From positions 1 to 57,252 of the forward strand of contig JANYJF010000032.1 of the NCBI GenBank assembly GCA_025361885.1: a stretch of 57,252 bases of DNA, read 5' to 3'. The position numbers were made by a program, and so were the translations under genes. This stretch comes from Coriobacteriia bacterium (GTDB lineage Bacteria > Actinomycetota > Coriobacteriia > Anaerosomatales > PALSA-660). Numbering within the stretch: the first letter of the stretch is position 1; every line of letters starts with the position of its first letter. Positions 1 to 9,737 of this stretch are shown here, piece after piece. The notes under the pieces were generated by a model. The model had not been told where the DNA came from. It made no database searches and saw only the letters and a program-made list of their open reading frames with translations.

Positions 1-329
1 TGACGGTCGACGGCGCGCAAGAGATGCAGCGAGTCGATCGAGTGGATCAGATGCGCACGACCGACGACGTCCTTGACCTTGTTGGTCTGCAGTGTGCCGA
101 TGAAATGCCAGCGCATCTGCGGGAACAGCGCCTGCTTGCCCGCGAACTCCAGCGTCCGGTTCTCGCCGAAGTCGGAGACGCCGGCCGCGATGGCCTGGCG
201 GACCTCTTCGACCCCCACGGTCTTGGACACGGCGACCACGGTCACTTCGCGCGGGTCGCGGGCGACGATGTCCGCGGCGTCCGCCACCTGTCTCAGTACC
301 GATCCATATCGCTGAGCGATCGCTGACAC
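1..329 (-). CDS. yggS: YggS/PROSC family PLP-binding protein (YlmE), N-terminal part, runs off the window edge
   Basis: Hand translation of the minus strand from GTG at 329: SAIAQRYGSV...VTVVAVSKTVGVEEVRQAIAAGVSDFGENR...RWHFIGTLQTNKVK...LIHSIDS. Motifs VAVSK, FGENR and WHFIGxLQxNK. Not in the ORF track because it is truncated. Confidence 0.93.
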   Translation of the reverse strand, partial: MSAIAQRYGSVLRQVADAADIVARDPREVTVVAVSKTVGVEEVRQAIAAGVSDFGENRTLEFAGKQALFPQMRWHFIGTLQTNKVKDVVGRAHLIHSIDSLHLLRAVDR

Positions 330-348
330 GTCGGCACGCGCCTTTCGG

Positions 349-1020
349 TCAGGTCACGTCGGCGGGCGGCTCCGTCGGCTGCGACTCGAATGTGCCGGTG
401 AGCAGGTACTGGATGCGCTCCCCGATGTCCACGGCGTGGTCCGCGATGCGCTCGAGGTAGCGCGAAGCCATGACCATCGACGTCGCCCACTCGATCTCCT
501 CTTCGTCTTGCAGACGCGCGAGCTCGCGGAAGAACTGCTTGTAGAGGTGGTCGATCGGCTCGTCGAGCTCCTCGAGCTTGCGGGCGAGCTCGAGGTCGTA
601 GGTGTCGAGTGCCTCGAGGCATGCCTCCAGCACACGATGCACGAGGTTGCCCTGCGCCTGGATCAGGTCGCTCAGAGTCTGCGGCCCTCTGCGGTCAGCG
701 GTTCGCTTCGCGGACTTCGCGATGTTGACGGCGAGGTCGCCCATGCGCTCCATGTGCATGCCGATGTACGCCATCGAGTGAAGAAGGCGCAGGTCCCGGG
801 CCACGGGGAACTGCGTGGCGATGACCTCGAGCGAATGCTCCTCCACGGCCAGAGTCCGGCGGTCGATCTCGTCGTCGCCCGCGATCACGCGGTCCGCAAG
901 ATCGACGTCGCCGGTGACGAGTGCGGCCACCGAATCGGTGGTACGGTCCACGATGACCCGCCCGATGCTGAGCACCTCGGCCTTCATGTCCTTCAGTTCC
1001 TGCCGGAAGCTCTCACGCAT
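349..1020 (-). CDS. phoU: Phosphate transport regulator PhoU
   Basis: Repeated motifs ERMGDLA and ERIADHA, plus QFPVARDLR. ATG at 1020 has a GAAGGGG RBS. Follows pstB. Confidence 0.95.
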   Translation of the reverse strand: MRESFRQELKDMKAEVLSIGRVIVDRTTDSVAALVTGDVDLADRVIAGDDEIDRRTLAVEEHSLEVIATQFPVARDLRLLHSMAYIGMHMERMGDLAVNIAKSAKRTADRRGPQTLSDLIQAQGNLVHRVLEACLEALDTYDLELARKLEELDEPIDHLYKQFFRELARLQDEEEIEWATSMVMASRYLERIADHAVDIGERIQYLLTGTFESQPTEPPADVT

Positions 1021-1173
1021 CGCGCTGACACCCCTTCGAGACTCGATCATCGCACCGCCGCGCACAGTCAGCACGCCGGTTCATCGTGACAGTATACCTG
1101 CCCCGATGGGGCCCGGGTTGCACGGGGGTTGAACGCTCCCAAGCCCGGGACGAAGCGCTGGGCCCCTGTGTGT

Positions 1174-1998
1174 CTATCCGAACCGGCCGGTGATGTAGTC
1201 CTCTGTCCGCCGGTCCCGCGGGCTGGTGAAGATGGAGGCCGTGCGGTCGTACTCGATGAGGTGCGCGGGCTCCCCTGCCACCTCCTGCAAGAAGAACGCC
1301 GTGTAGTCACTCACGCGAGCGGCCTGCTGCATGTTGTGCGTGACGATGACGATGGTGATGCGGTCTTTGAGCTCGGCCATCAGATCCTCGACCTTCTGGA
1401 CCGACGTCGGGTCGATGGCGGAGCACGGTTCGTCCATCAGCAGGACCTCGGGCTCGACCGCCAGGACCCTCGCGATGCACAGCCGTTGCTGCTGCCCCCC
1501 CGAGAGGGTCAGACCGCCACGGCCCATGATGTCCTTGACTTCCTTCCACACGTTCGCGCGCTTGAGCGACGCCTCGACGATCTCGTCGAGCTCCGCCTTC
1601 TTGCGGACCCCGTGGAGTCTCGGTCCGTATGCCACGTTGTCATAGATGGACATCGGGAAAGGGTTCGGCTGCTGGAAGATCATACCTACGCGGCGGCGCA
1701 GGTCGACCGGGTCGACGCCCGGTGCGTACACGTCGTTGCCGTCGAGTAGCACCCTTCCCTCGTTGCGGGTGCCGGGGATCAGGTCGTTCATCCGATTCAG
1801 GCAGCGCAGGAAGGTCGACTTGCCACAGCCCGACGGCCCGATGAAGGCCGTGACCGCGTTCTCTTTGATGCCGACCGTGATGTCGGTGAGCGCGTTGAAG
1901 TCCCCGTAGAAGAAATCGAGCTTCTGCACGGAGAACTTGTTCGCGTGGTTGTCGGTGGGGATGACCCCTGTCATGTGCGAGGCGAGCGTGTCGCTCAT
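1174..1998 (-). CDS. pstB: Phosphate ABC transporter ATPase PstB
   Basis: [56 protein letters not shown] at 1998 overlaps the pstA stop (ATGA). The upstream part of the 827-aa ORF is shadow frame. Confidence 0.97.
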   Translation of the reverse strand: MSDTLASHMTGVIPTDNHANKFSVQKLDFFYGDFNALTDITVGIKENAVTAFIGPSGCGKSTFLRCLNRMNDLIPGTRNEGRVLLDGNDVYAPGVDPVDLRRRVGMIFQQPNPFPMSIYDNVAYGPRLHGVRKKAELDEIVEASLKRANVWKEVKDIMGRGGLTLSGGQQQRLCIARVLAVEPEVLLMDEPCSAIDPTSVQKVEDLMAELKDRITIVIVTHNMQQAARVSDYTAFFLQEVAGEPAHLIEYDRTASIFTSPRDRRTEDYITGRFG

Positions 1999-2843
1999 CC
2001 CAGCATCCTCCTGTTCCTGCTGACGATGTATCGCGCGGTGAGGTTGAAGGCCAGGACCATGAGCACCAGCAGCAACGCAGTGCCGAAGGCCGCGGGCAGG
2101 TTGATGCCCTCCTGGGCGAGGAGCAGCAGGTGCACCGGCATCGTACGGCCGGGCTGCGTCGGGAGGATGGGCGCGTTGATCATGGTGCCCATCGTGTAGA
2201 TGACGACGGCGGTCTCGCCGGCCGCACGTCCGGCTGCCAGGATCACGCCGGTGATGATGCGGGGCGTCGCGGACGGCAGGACGATCCGGGAGACCGTCTG
2301 CCACTTGCTGGCGCCCAGGCCGTACGAACCCCAGCGTATGTACTTGGGAACGGCGCGGATCGCCTCCTCGGTGGTGCGCATGATGATCGGCAGGAGCAGG
2401 AACGCGAGCGCGAGCGCCGCAGCCATGACGGAGAAGCCCATCCCCATGCCTTCGACGAACGCGGCCAGACCGAACAGACCCATGACGATCGACGGCACCG
2501 AGGCCAGCGAGTCGGCTGCGAACCGGATGATCTGCACCAGCCGCCCCTGCACCGCGTACTCGGCAAGGTACACTGCGGCGAGCACGGCCACCGGTGTCGT
2601 GATGAGCATCGCCAGGATCGTCACGTACAGCGTCGCTTGGATGGTCGGCCAGATGCCGCCCTCCATGTTCACGCCGTGCGGCCAGCTGAATATGAACGCG
2701 GGTGTCAACTGACCGATGCCGTTGACGATCACGTAGAGCAGGATCGTCCCGAGAGCCCCTACGGTCGCGATCGCGGCGAGCCAGATCACGCCGAGCGCTA
2801 TCCGGTTCGTCGTCGTCTTGTTGACGCGTTCGCGCGACTGCAT
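1995..2843 (-). CDS. pstA: Phosphate ABC transporter permease PstA
   Basis: [30 protein letters not shown]. Hydrophobic, in operon context. Confidence 0.95.
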   Translation of the reverse strand: MQSRERVNKTTTNRIALGVIWLAAIATVGALGTILLYVIVNGIGQLTPAFIFSWPHGVNMEGGIWPTIQATLYVTILAMLITTPVAVLAAVYLAEYAVQGRLVQIIRFAADSLASVPSIVMGLFGLAAFVEGMGMGFSVMAAALALAFLLLPIIMRTTEEAIRAVPKYIRWGSYGLGASKWQTVSRIVLPSATPRIITGVILAAGRAAGETAVVIYTMGTMINAPILPTQPGRTMPVHLLLLAQEGINLPAAFGTALLLVLMVLAFNLTARYIVSRNRRMLG

Positions 2844-3815
2844 CTATCCCACCTCCTTGCCGAAGCGGGAGATGATCCGGATCGTCGCTACGAAGATCAT
2901 CGAGATCACGAACAGGATGATGGCCACTCCGAACAGCGCGGTGCGATGGTCGCCCGCGGCGTACGGCATGTCCATCACGATCACCGTGGTCAGGGTCAGG
3001 AACGGCGCGAAGATGCCGTTTGGGATGACGGGCGCGTTGCCCGCCACCATCACGACCGCCATCGTCTCGCCGATAGCGCGTCCCATGCCGAGGATGATGG
3101 CATCGATGATGCCGATCTTGGCCGCCGGCAGCAGCACGCGCCAGATGGTCTGCCACTTGGTGGCACCCATCGCGTAGCTGGCCTCTCGGATGCCCTCCGG
3201 CACCGAGCGCAGCGCGTCCTCGGAGATCGCCGCGATGGTCGGCAGGATCATGACCGCGAGGATGATCCACACGGTGAACAGTCCGAAGCCCAGCCCGCCC
3301 GAGAACTTCGCGATGATCGGGCGAAGCAGGACCAGACCAAAGAAGCCGTACACGACCGATGGGATGCCCGCAAGCAACTCGACGGCCGGCCGCACCAGGT
3401 CGCGGATCCTGGGGTTCGCAACCTCGGAGAGGAAGACCGCCGTGCCGATCGCCAGTGGCGCGCCCAGTGCAAGGGCACCCAGCGTAGCGAGCATGGAGTT
3501 CACGATGAGGGTCAGGATCCCGAAATCGCCCTTGGTAGGATGCCACACGTACCCACCAAGGAAGTTGAACAGCCCGACCTTCGCGAAGATGGGCCAGCCT
3601 CGCCACCCAACGAACAGGAAGATAAGGGCAACGCCCGCGACCGCGACGCACGCGCATACCAGGAACAGGTTCTGGAGAGCCGCCTCCTTGAAGTACGTGG
3701 CGCGCGAGATGGTCGACAGCCCGCTGCCGGCTGATGGGGCCGCATCCGCGTTCGGACGTCCCGACCCTTCGCTCAATCGGACAGCACGATCATCGGGCTT
3801 CGGGTCCAGAGTCAC
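2844..3815 (-). CDS. pstC: Phosphate ABC transporter permease PstC
   Basis: [27 protein letters not shown]. Confidence 0.95.
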   Translation of the reverse strand: MTLDPKPDDRAVRLSEGSGRPNADAAPSAGSGLSTISRATYFKEAALQNLFLVCACVAVAGVALIFLFVGWRGWPIFAKVGLFNFLGGYVWHPTKGDFGILTLIVNSMLATLGALALGAPLAIGTAVFLSEVANPRIRDLVRPAVELLAGIPSVVYGFFGLVLLRPIIAKFSGGLGFGLFTVWIILAVMILPTIAAISEDALRSVPEGIREASYAMGATKWQTIWRVLLPAAKIGIIDAIILGMGRAIGETMAVVMVAGNAPVIPNGIFAPFLTLTTVIVMDMPYAAGDHRTALFGVAIILFVISMIFVATIRIISRFGKEVG

Positions 3816-3816
3816 G

Positions 3817-4656
3817 TCACTTCCTCCCTTCGGCTACAGGGAGGAACCCCGCGTCACGGACGACCTTGCTCTGGACTGCGGACGACAGCACGAAGTCCAC
3901 GTACTGCTTCGCCAGGCCCGAGGGCTTGCCCTTCGTGAAGAAGTGCAGCACCCGCGAGACCGGGTAGGTGCCGTCCGCGACAGTCTTCTCGGTCGGCTGG
4001 ATGCCGTCGATGGAGACCGCCTTGACCGACTTGTCGACGAAGCCGAGCGAGATGTAGCCCACAGAGGTCGCGCTGTCCGCGACGACGGAGCGGACCTGTC
4101 CGGTACCCGGCAGCACGGCCGACTTCGGATCGAACGGCGCCCCGCCAAGGACGATCTTGGAGAACGCCTCGCGGGTACCGGAAGCCTCGTCGCGGTTCAC
4201 GAGCCAGATGAGCTGATCCGATCCGCCGACGTCCTTCCAGTTGGTGATCTTGCCTTCAAAGATATCGGCGGCCTGCTTCGTGGTGAGGGCTCGGACGGGA
4301 TTGGACGGGTTCACTATGACCGCGATGGCGTCGAAGGCGATGGGCGTGTCGACCAGTCCGAGCGACTTCTCCTCCGGCTTGAGATCGCGCGAGGAGGTAC
4401 CGATGTCGCTGGTTCCCTTGGTGACCGATTCGATGCCCGCGGAGGATCCGACGCCGGCTACGAGCACGCGCAGGTCCGCGTGCTGCTCGTGGAACATCTC
4501 AGCGGCCACTTCCGCGATAGGCAGGATGGTGGTCGATCCGGTGACGGTCAGCTCGGTCTTGGCCGCTCCCGCCCGCGACGAGCAGCCAGAGACGAGCATC
4601 GCGGGAAGCACGACGGCGAGCACCAGGACACGAGCGGCGGAGCGGCGAAGGCTCAT
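3817..4656 (-). CDS. pstS: Phosphate-binding lipoprotein PstS
   Basis: Lipobox LVSGC; GSTTILP, GSSAGI, SSRDLK, RDEASGTREAF. ATG at 4656 overlaps the pgeF stop (ATGA). Confidence 0.93.
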   Translation of the reverse strand: MSLRRSAARVLVLAVVLPAMLVSGCSSRAGAAKTELTVTGSTTILPIAEVAAEMFHEQHADLRVLVAGVGSSAGIESVTKGTSDIGTSSRDLKPEEKSLGLVDTPIAFDAIAVIVNPSNPVRALTTKQAADIFEGKITNWKDVGGSDQLIWLVNRDEASGTREAFSKIVLGGAPFDPKSAVLPGTGQVRSVVADSATSVGYISLGFVDKSVKAVSIDGIQPTEKTVADGTYPVSRVLHFFTKGKPSGLAKQYVDFVLSSAVQSKVVRDAGFLPVAEGRK

Positions 4657-5504
4657 CGGCCCCATCCGAGGACGGCCGCCAAGGCGCCGTGGCGCCCGGT
4701 GACACCTTCGGCTCGGAACGAGAAGTACGAGTCGGTGTTCTCGGCCGTGCAGATGTCGGCCACGAACACGCTATCCCTGGGCAATCCGACCTCGCTAAGT
4801 GTCTGGGACACGACAGCTCCGAGGTCCAACCGGTCCCGGGGCGGTGCAATCGTATCAGCGGCGTTTGGGAATTGCGACACGAATAACGACCGGAGGTCCT
4901 CGCCTACCGGGTAGTGGCATGGTCCGATCCGCGGTCCGACGTAGGCGACCAAGTCCGAGGGCTCGCAGCCCGCGCGGCGTGCGAGGAGTACCGCTGCCGA
5001 GGCGGGCAGCCGGCCCAGCGCACCCTTCCATCCTGCATGGACCACGGCAACGGCTCGGACCGGCCTGATGGCCACGATGATGACCGGCACGCAGTCAGCG
5101 AAGCACAGGAGCAGCGGCGTGTCCGGCTCAGCGGTGATCAACGCATCGGTCTCGGGCAGCGGCGGAGCCTCGCCGAGGCGCGCGAACGCGCCCATGCCGG
5201 CCGATGCGCCCGCGACCTCCCGCGTGCGCAGCCCGTGCACCTGCTCCGCCATCGTGAGGCGGGACCTGAGCGGTTCGATATCGAGTGCCTCCAGCAGCGT
5301 AGAGCGGTTGTCGTCCACGCTGGACGCGTCGTCGCCCACGTGCGACGCAAGGTTCAGCGACGAATAGGGGGCGCTGCTTCGTCCCCCCGTGCGCTGCGTG
5401 AACGCGATCAGAATGCCCCACGACGCGCGCAACTCGGGGTCCATCAGGGCCCTCACGCCCGCGCGCGTGAGGGCCTCGAGGTTCGGAGTGTGCTGAGCGG
5501 GCAT
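4653..5504 (-). CDS. pgeF: PgeF/YfiH/YlmD family (peptidoglycan editing factor / purine nucleoside phosphorylase)
   Basis: SLNLASHVGD, EQVHG, FADCVPV, HAGWKG, YVGPRIGPCHY, FSFR. Start uncertain (5504 or 5531). Confidence 0.92.
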   Translation of the reverse strand: MPAQHTPNLEALTRAGVRALMDPELRASWGILIAFTQRTGGRSSAPYSSLNLASHVGDDASSVDDNRSTLLEALDIEPLRSRLTMAEQVHGLRTREVAGASAGMGAFARLGEAPPLPETDALITAEPDTPLLLCFADCVPVIIVAIRPVRAVAVVHAGWKGALGRLPASAAVLLARRAGCEPSDLVAYVGPRIGPCHYPVGEDLRSLFVSQFPNAADTIAPPRDRLDLGAVVSQTLSEVGLPRDSVFVADICTAENTDSYFSFRAEGVTGRHGALAAVLGWGR

Positions 5505-5654
5505 GGCTGTTCCCGTCGGCCGTCGCGGCATCCGCCCGGATACATCTGGCGCGAACGTGTCGGTTCGGTGACACTTATCGTACAGGGTACGCGCCGCTCG
5601 CGCGGCACCTGTGGGGTAGGAACCATATGGCTGCTGCCGGGAGGGGGTGCATCA

Positions 5655-6206
5655 ATGAAGCGGTCATTGAGGTTTTTCGGTTCGCTCGCCACGTTCGGCA
5701 CGGTCCTCGCGGTCGCGGCTCCGGCGTACGCGGCGGACTACAGCTCATCTGGAAGTGATCCCGCCGCCGGCGGGATCGTGTGCGGCACCTGGTTGTGCAT
5801 AGGCTTCTTCTCGCTGATCGGCCTCGCTCTGTTCATCCTGTGGGTGTGGATGACGATCGATGCCTTCGGGCGCCAGGAGTACGAGTTTCCCAACAGTACG
5901 GGGAACAGCAAGAACACATGGATCATCCTGATGCTCGCGGTGGGGCTTCTGCTCCAGGCCTGGGGCGTCATGGCGCTGATCTACTACTTCATGGTGTTCA
6001 GGAAGATCAAGCGCGGCACGGTCGCTCCGCAGTGGGCGGGCAGCGCCCCCACGGCGCCTCAGGCGCCGACCTACGCGCCGCCCGCACCACCGGTACCGAC
6101 CTACGCGCCGCCCGCACCACCGGTACCGACCTACGCACCGCCCGCACCTCCGGCGCCGCCGGCGCCGCCTGCGCCTCCGACCGATCCTGGTCAGCCGCCC
6201 GCGTAG
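5655..6206 (+). CDS. Hypothetical membrane protein: signal-peptide-like N-terminus, 2-3 TM segments, Pro-rich C-terminal tail
   Basis: ATG at 5655 after a GGAGGGGG RBS. AxA signal cleavage-like site (PAYAA), hydrophobic helices, PTYAPPAPP repeats, followed by a strong hairpin. Confidence 0.8.
   Translation: MKRSLRFFGSLATFGTVLAVAAPAYAADYSSSGSDPAAGGIVCGTWLCIGFFSLIGLALFILWVWMTIDAFGRQEYEFPNSTGNSKNTWIILMLAVGLLLQAWGVMALIYYFMVFRKIKRGTVAPQWAGSAPTAPQAPTYAPPAPPVPTYAPPAPPVPTYAPPAPPAPPAPPAPPTDPGQPPA
6066..6155 (+). repeat. 30-bp tandem repeat, 3 copies (third degenerate), encoding PTYAPPAPPV
   Basis: ccgacctacgcgccgcccgcaccaccggta at 6066 and 6096, with a variant at 6126. Confidence 0.9.
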
Positions 6207-6230
6207 GCGCCATCACCAGGGGCACGTTAT

Positions 6231-6265
6231 AGAGGCCTGCCGCCGGGAACCGGCGGCAGGCCTCT
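6231..6265. terminator. Perfect 16-bp inverted repeat between convergent genes, probable bidirectional terminator
   Basis: agaggcctgccgccgg-gaa-ccggcggcaggcctct. Confidence 0.7.
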
Positions 6266-6375
6266 TCGCTATTCGGGTCCCACCCAGTGGAGCCGCAGGG
6301 CGCGGCATTCGCCGCTAAACAGCCGCGCGGGATCGCCGGTCGCGACCGGCGCCCACGTCTAGACTCTCGGTCGCA

Positions 6376-7461
6376 CTACCTGCGGCGCAGGAACGCAGGG
6401 ATGTCGAGCTCGTCCTCAGGCATGGGCTCGAACGTCGGGACCGATGAGGCGCCGACGAGCGACTGCACTGACTGGTCCCCGCCGAACTCCATCGACTGTT
6501 GCTGCTTGCGGCGACCCTCGAAGCCGGTCGCGATCACAGTCACACGGATCTGGTCCATCATCGAGTCGTCGATGACGGCACCGAAGATGATGTTCGCCTC
6601 GGGATGCGCGGCAGCGGCGACGACTTCGGCCGCCTCGTTGACCTCGAACAGACCCAAGTCGCTCCCGCCCGCGATGGAGAGGAGCACCCCCTGCGCGCCC
6701 TCGATCGAGGACTCGAGCAGCGGGCTTGAGATCGCGGCTTTGGCGGCGTCGTGCGCGCGGTTGTCGCCGCTCGCGATACCGATGCCCATCAGTGCGCTGC
6801 CGGCGTCCGCCATGATCGTACGGACGTCCGCGAAGTCCAGGTTGATCAGGCCCGGCACCGTGATCAGGTCCGTGATGCCCTGGGTGCCCTGGCGCAGGAC
6901 GTCGTCGGCGATCCGGAAGGCGTCAAGGATCGACGTCTTCTTCTCGGCTACCTGCAACAGACGGTCGTTCGGGATGATGATGAGTGTGTCGACGACCTCT
7001 CGCAGGCGCTTGATGCCCTCGTCCGCCTGCAGGGCCCGCTTGCGGCCTTCGAACGCGAACGGGCGGGTCACGACGCCGACTGTCAGCGCGCCGATCTCCT
7101 CCTTCGCGATCTGGGCGATCACGGGCGCCGCGCCGGTGCCGGTGCCGCCGCCCTCGCCCGCGGTTATGAAGACCATGTCAGCGCCTTGGAGCGCCTCCTT
7201 GATCTCGGCACGGTTCTCTTCGGCAGCCTGAAGACCGACGTCAGGGTCCGCGCCGGCACCCAGTCCCTTGGTCAGCCCCACTCCTACGTGGACCTTGTAG
7301 TCCGCATCCGACATCAGCAGTGCCTGTGCATCGGTGTTGACGGCGATGAACTCGACGCCCTTGACGCCGGCCTCCACCATGCGGTTCACCGCGTTCGAAC
7401 CGCCACCTCCGATACCGATCACCTTGATGACGGCCAGGTAGTTCGCTCCGGTCTCCAACAT
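6376..7461 (-). CDS. ftsZ: Cell division protein FtsZ
   Basis: [22 protein letters not shown]-terminal DIPAFLR. ATG at 7461 has a GGGAGGGG RBS. Confidence 0.99.
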   Translation of the reverse strand: MLETGANYLAVIKVIGIGGGGSNAVNRMVEAGVKGVEFIAVNTDAQALLMSDADYKVHVGVGLTKGLGAGADPDVGLQAAEENRAEIKEALQGADMVFITAGEGGGTGTGAAPVIAQIAKEEIGALTVGVVTRPFAFEGRKRALQADEGIKRLREVVDTLIIIPNDRLLQVAEKKTSILDAFRIADDVLRQGTQGITDLITVPGLINLDFADVRTIMADAGSALMGIGIASGDNRAHDAAKAAISSPLLESSIEGAQGVLLSIAGGSDLGLFEVNEAAEVVAAAAHPEANIIFGAVIDDSMMDQIRVTVIATGFEGRRKQQQSMEFGGDQSVQSLVGASSVPTFEPMPEDELDIPAFLRRR

Positions 7462-7487
7462 CTGTCCCCTCCCGCTTCCGGGAATCA

Positions 7488-7566
7488 TCTACGTCTAAGG
7501 CTCTACTTGAGGGTTAGCCTACCAGCAGAACACTAAATGTTTGCATAAAGGTTAGTGCCAGGTCAA
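7488..7566 (-). promoter_or_regulatory. ftsZ promoter region: extended -10 TGG-TAGGCT (7516-7524) with imperfect palindromes
   Basis: AT-rich island in a GC-rich genome. Contains AACCCTCAAGTAGAGCC on the minus strand and a cactaa-N15-ttagtg inverted repeat at 7531-7557. Confidence 0.5.
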
Positions 7567-7605
7567 GAGCTGATCCAAGGGAATTCTCGCGGTGTGTCCA
7601 AACCA

Positions 7606-7632
7606 AGAGGCCGGGCGCATGGCCCGGCCTCT
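7606..7632 (-). terminator. Hairpin after the L,D-transpeptidase gene
   Basis: agaggccgggc-gcatg-gcccggcctct, 11-bp stem, followed by TGGTTT on the minus strand. Confidence 0.6.
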
Positions 7633-7665
7633 CATCTGGCTGGTGGTGAGGTGTGTCTATCGTGC

Positions 7666-8703
7666 TCAGCGGCGCGTTTCCACCGGCGTGCCGACCGGTA
7701 CCTGCGGCCACAGGTCGAGCACATCCCAGTTATACATCCTGATACACCCGTGCGAGGCCATGGTCCCGATCACCCACGGCTGATTGGTGCCATGAATGAG
7801 GTAGCCCGTTGACTGCCACCGACCCGGACGGCCCCTCCTCGACGACCTCATGCGGAACAGACGCATCTTGCGTGGCCCGTAGATGCCACCGGGATCGCTG
7901 GTGTACTTGGCCCCCATCTTCCAGGTGCCGACGGGAGTGATGTTCCGCTTGCCGTGCGCGACCGGGTACGTCTTGACCATCTGATAGTCCACGATCCAGT
8001 GGAGCTGGTAGGTGCCCTTCTCGACCACGATCATCGTCGGGTACGGCGTGTCGATGCGGCGGAACCCGTACGAGTACGAGCCGGTCTCACCAATAGGATT
8101 GGCGACCGTGACCGTGTACACCGTCCACCCCGCGGTGTTGCTCCTCAGACCGAACGACATGGACGTGCCGGGAGTGCTCGCGCTGGTCCCCATCCACACC
8201 CCGTTGATAGCGATCGTGACCTTGGTGGTCGAAGCCCCTGCCAACACGACCACGTTCGTGAGGTTGGATACCGCGGGACCCGACGGCGACAGCAGCTCCG
8301 GCGGCCCAGGTACTCCCCATGATTGGAGCGTTGCGACCGGCGCTGAGACGTCCGTCCCCGCGTACTGTCCGGACCCGTGGACGACAGCGGAGATGACATG
8401 CCTCCCCGCAACGACCGGGATCCCTGCGAACACCGACTGCGTGTCGGGGCTCACCGCGCGAGTTGCCGCAACCGAACCGTCGACGAGCAGATCCAGCGTC
8501 CCGCCCGGATCCGTCGCTGAGAGAGTGACCGTCGCTGTCAACGATCGGGCGGTATCGGTGGGGACGGTCACGGACAACGCCGACGCCGGTGATGCCGAGG
8601 CGACCCAGGCGACCCCGGCGACTGCGACGATGGCCACCATCCTGCAAAGAGCCTTGCGTGTGATATCCCCTGAGGACCCTGCCCAGCCATGTCTGCGAAC
8701 CAT
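7666..8703 (-). CDS. L,D-transpeptidase (YkuD domain) with signal/anchor and beta-rich (Ig-like) N-terminal region
   Basis: KTYPVAHG..TPVG and YLIHGTNQPWVIGTMASHGCIRM catalytic motif. ATG at 8703 has a GAGGGGGAG RBS. Confidence 0.9.
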   Translation of the reverse strand: MVRRHGWAGSSGDITRKALCRMVAIVAVAGVAWVASASPASALSVTVPTDTARSLTATVTLSATDPGGTLDLLVDGSVAATRAVSPDTQSVFAGIPVVAGRHVISAVVHGSGQYAGTDVSAPVATLQSWGVPGPPELLSPSGPAVSNLTNVVVLAGASTTKVTIAINGVWMGTSASTPGTSMSFGLRSNTAGWTVYTVTVANPIGETGSYSYGFRRIDTPYPTMIVVEKGTYQLHWIVDYQMVKTYPVAHGKRNITPVGTWKMGAKYTSDPGGIYGPRKMRLFRMRSSRRGRPGRWQSTGYLIHGTNQPWVIGTMASHGCIRMYNWDVLDLWPQVPVGTPVETRR

Positions 8704-8753
8704 CACTCCCCCTCTAGCCGTCATGTCCCGTTCGGACCAGGACGCGAAGACGC

Positions 8754-9737
8754 CTACTTCCCCAGGCCCCGCCACGTCGGGCGGTCGGTCGTCCTCACGT
8801 CGATCGACACGACTCTACCACGCTGGTCAGCCAGTATCTTGCGCACTATGGCATCCTTCTTCACGGCGCCCGCGGCGTCACCGAAGACGATCTCGACCTT
8901 GTCCGCGGTGTAGAGGGTCGTGGCATCGATCTCGGACGCGGACACGGCCAGGACCTGTGCTCGCAGATCCGCGGAGATGGAGACGAGGACTTTGACCGCG
9001 TTGAGCAAGGGCTCGGATGTCGTCCTTCGTCCGGCCTTCAGGTCGAGCCCCTTCACCTCGCGGATCAGCGGAGTCACGCCGGCCGTCGGAGGAGCGGATC
9101 CGGTGGCCGCAGCCGACCTCTCGGCGATAACGAATCCGTTCGCGTCGATCAACCACTTCTTCGCCCCTGCGTCGACGATTGCGACGGCCCGGCGCTCCAC
9201 CAAACGGATCCGCAAAGCGTCGGGGAAGACACGTGTTACCGCGACGGACTCGACGCGCGGGTCACGTGCGACCCGGACCGTGACCGCCTCCCCCGGGAAG
9301 CGTATGAGCGTCGCGTCCGCCGGTACGGCGGCGAGCCGCACGACCTCTTCGCGTGACATGCTCTCGGCCCCCACGACCTCGACCCGCTTGATCGAGAATA
9401 GCGGAGAGCGATAGATGCCGATCATGGAACCCACGACCGCCAGGACCGAAAGCACGATGACCGCGATCCTGATCTGTCCGTGCCGGCGCTGATCGGCCAG
9501 CCGGCGCTCCCGCTCTGAGCGCTTCGCCATGGCGATACCATCGCCGGCTCGTGGCTTGGACGCCGGCTTGGCTTTGTGCCCGCGCTCGGATGGAACCCGG
9601 CCGGCCACTCTGCGAGAGACCGCGGCCGGCTCGCTCGAGACGCGGTGTCGGTCGCGTTCGCCGCTGGATATGTGGACCGGCTTACCTCGATCAGAAGGTT
9701 CCGAGGAAGCGGATCTCCGGCCTGAGCTCGACGCCAT
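8754..9737 (-). CDS. ftsQ: Cell division protein FtsQ/DivIB
   Basis: Basic N-terminus, one TM helix, POTRA-like SPLFSIKRVEVVG...RVFPDALRIRLVER, C-terminal SIDVR. Position after murB. Confidence 0.88.
   Translation of the reverse strand: MASSSGRRSASSEPSDRGKPVHISSGERDRHRVSSEPAAVSRRVAGRVPSERGHKAKPASKPRAGDGIAMAKRSERERRLADQRRHGQIRIAVIVLSVLAVVGSMIGIYRSPLFSIKRVEVVGAESMSREEVVRLAAVPADATLIRFPGEAVTVRVARDPRVESVAVTRVFPDALRIRLVERRAVAIVDAGAKKWLIDANGFVIAERSAAATGSAPPTAGVTPLIREVKGLDLKAGRRTTSEPLLNAVKVLVSISADLRAQVLAVSASEIDATTLYTADKVEIVFGDAAGAVKKDAIVRKILADQRGRVVSIDVRTTDRPTWRGLGK

Noticed and set aside
1091-1125. PHO box or full promoter upstream of phoU
   Set aside because: A TATACT -10-like hexamer is present (1091-1096), but I could not find a properly spaced -35 or 11-bp direct repeats.
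1174-3657. 827-aa ORF as a giant PstB fusion
   Set aside because: Only the last 274 aa are PstB. The rest is an Arg/Gly/His-rich alternative frame over pstA and pstC.
6066-6155. 30-bp repeats as a CRISPR array
   Set aside because: Tandem copies without spacers, in frame inside a CDS, and no cas genes.
6334-6351. 18-bp perfect palindrome cgccggtcgcgaccggcg just downstream of ftsZ
   Set aside because: Almost all GC and single-copy. It may be a small 3' hairpin, but there is no further support for a function.
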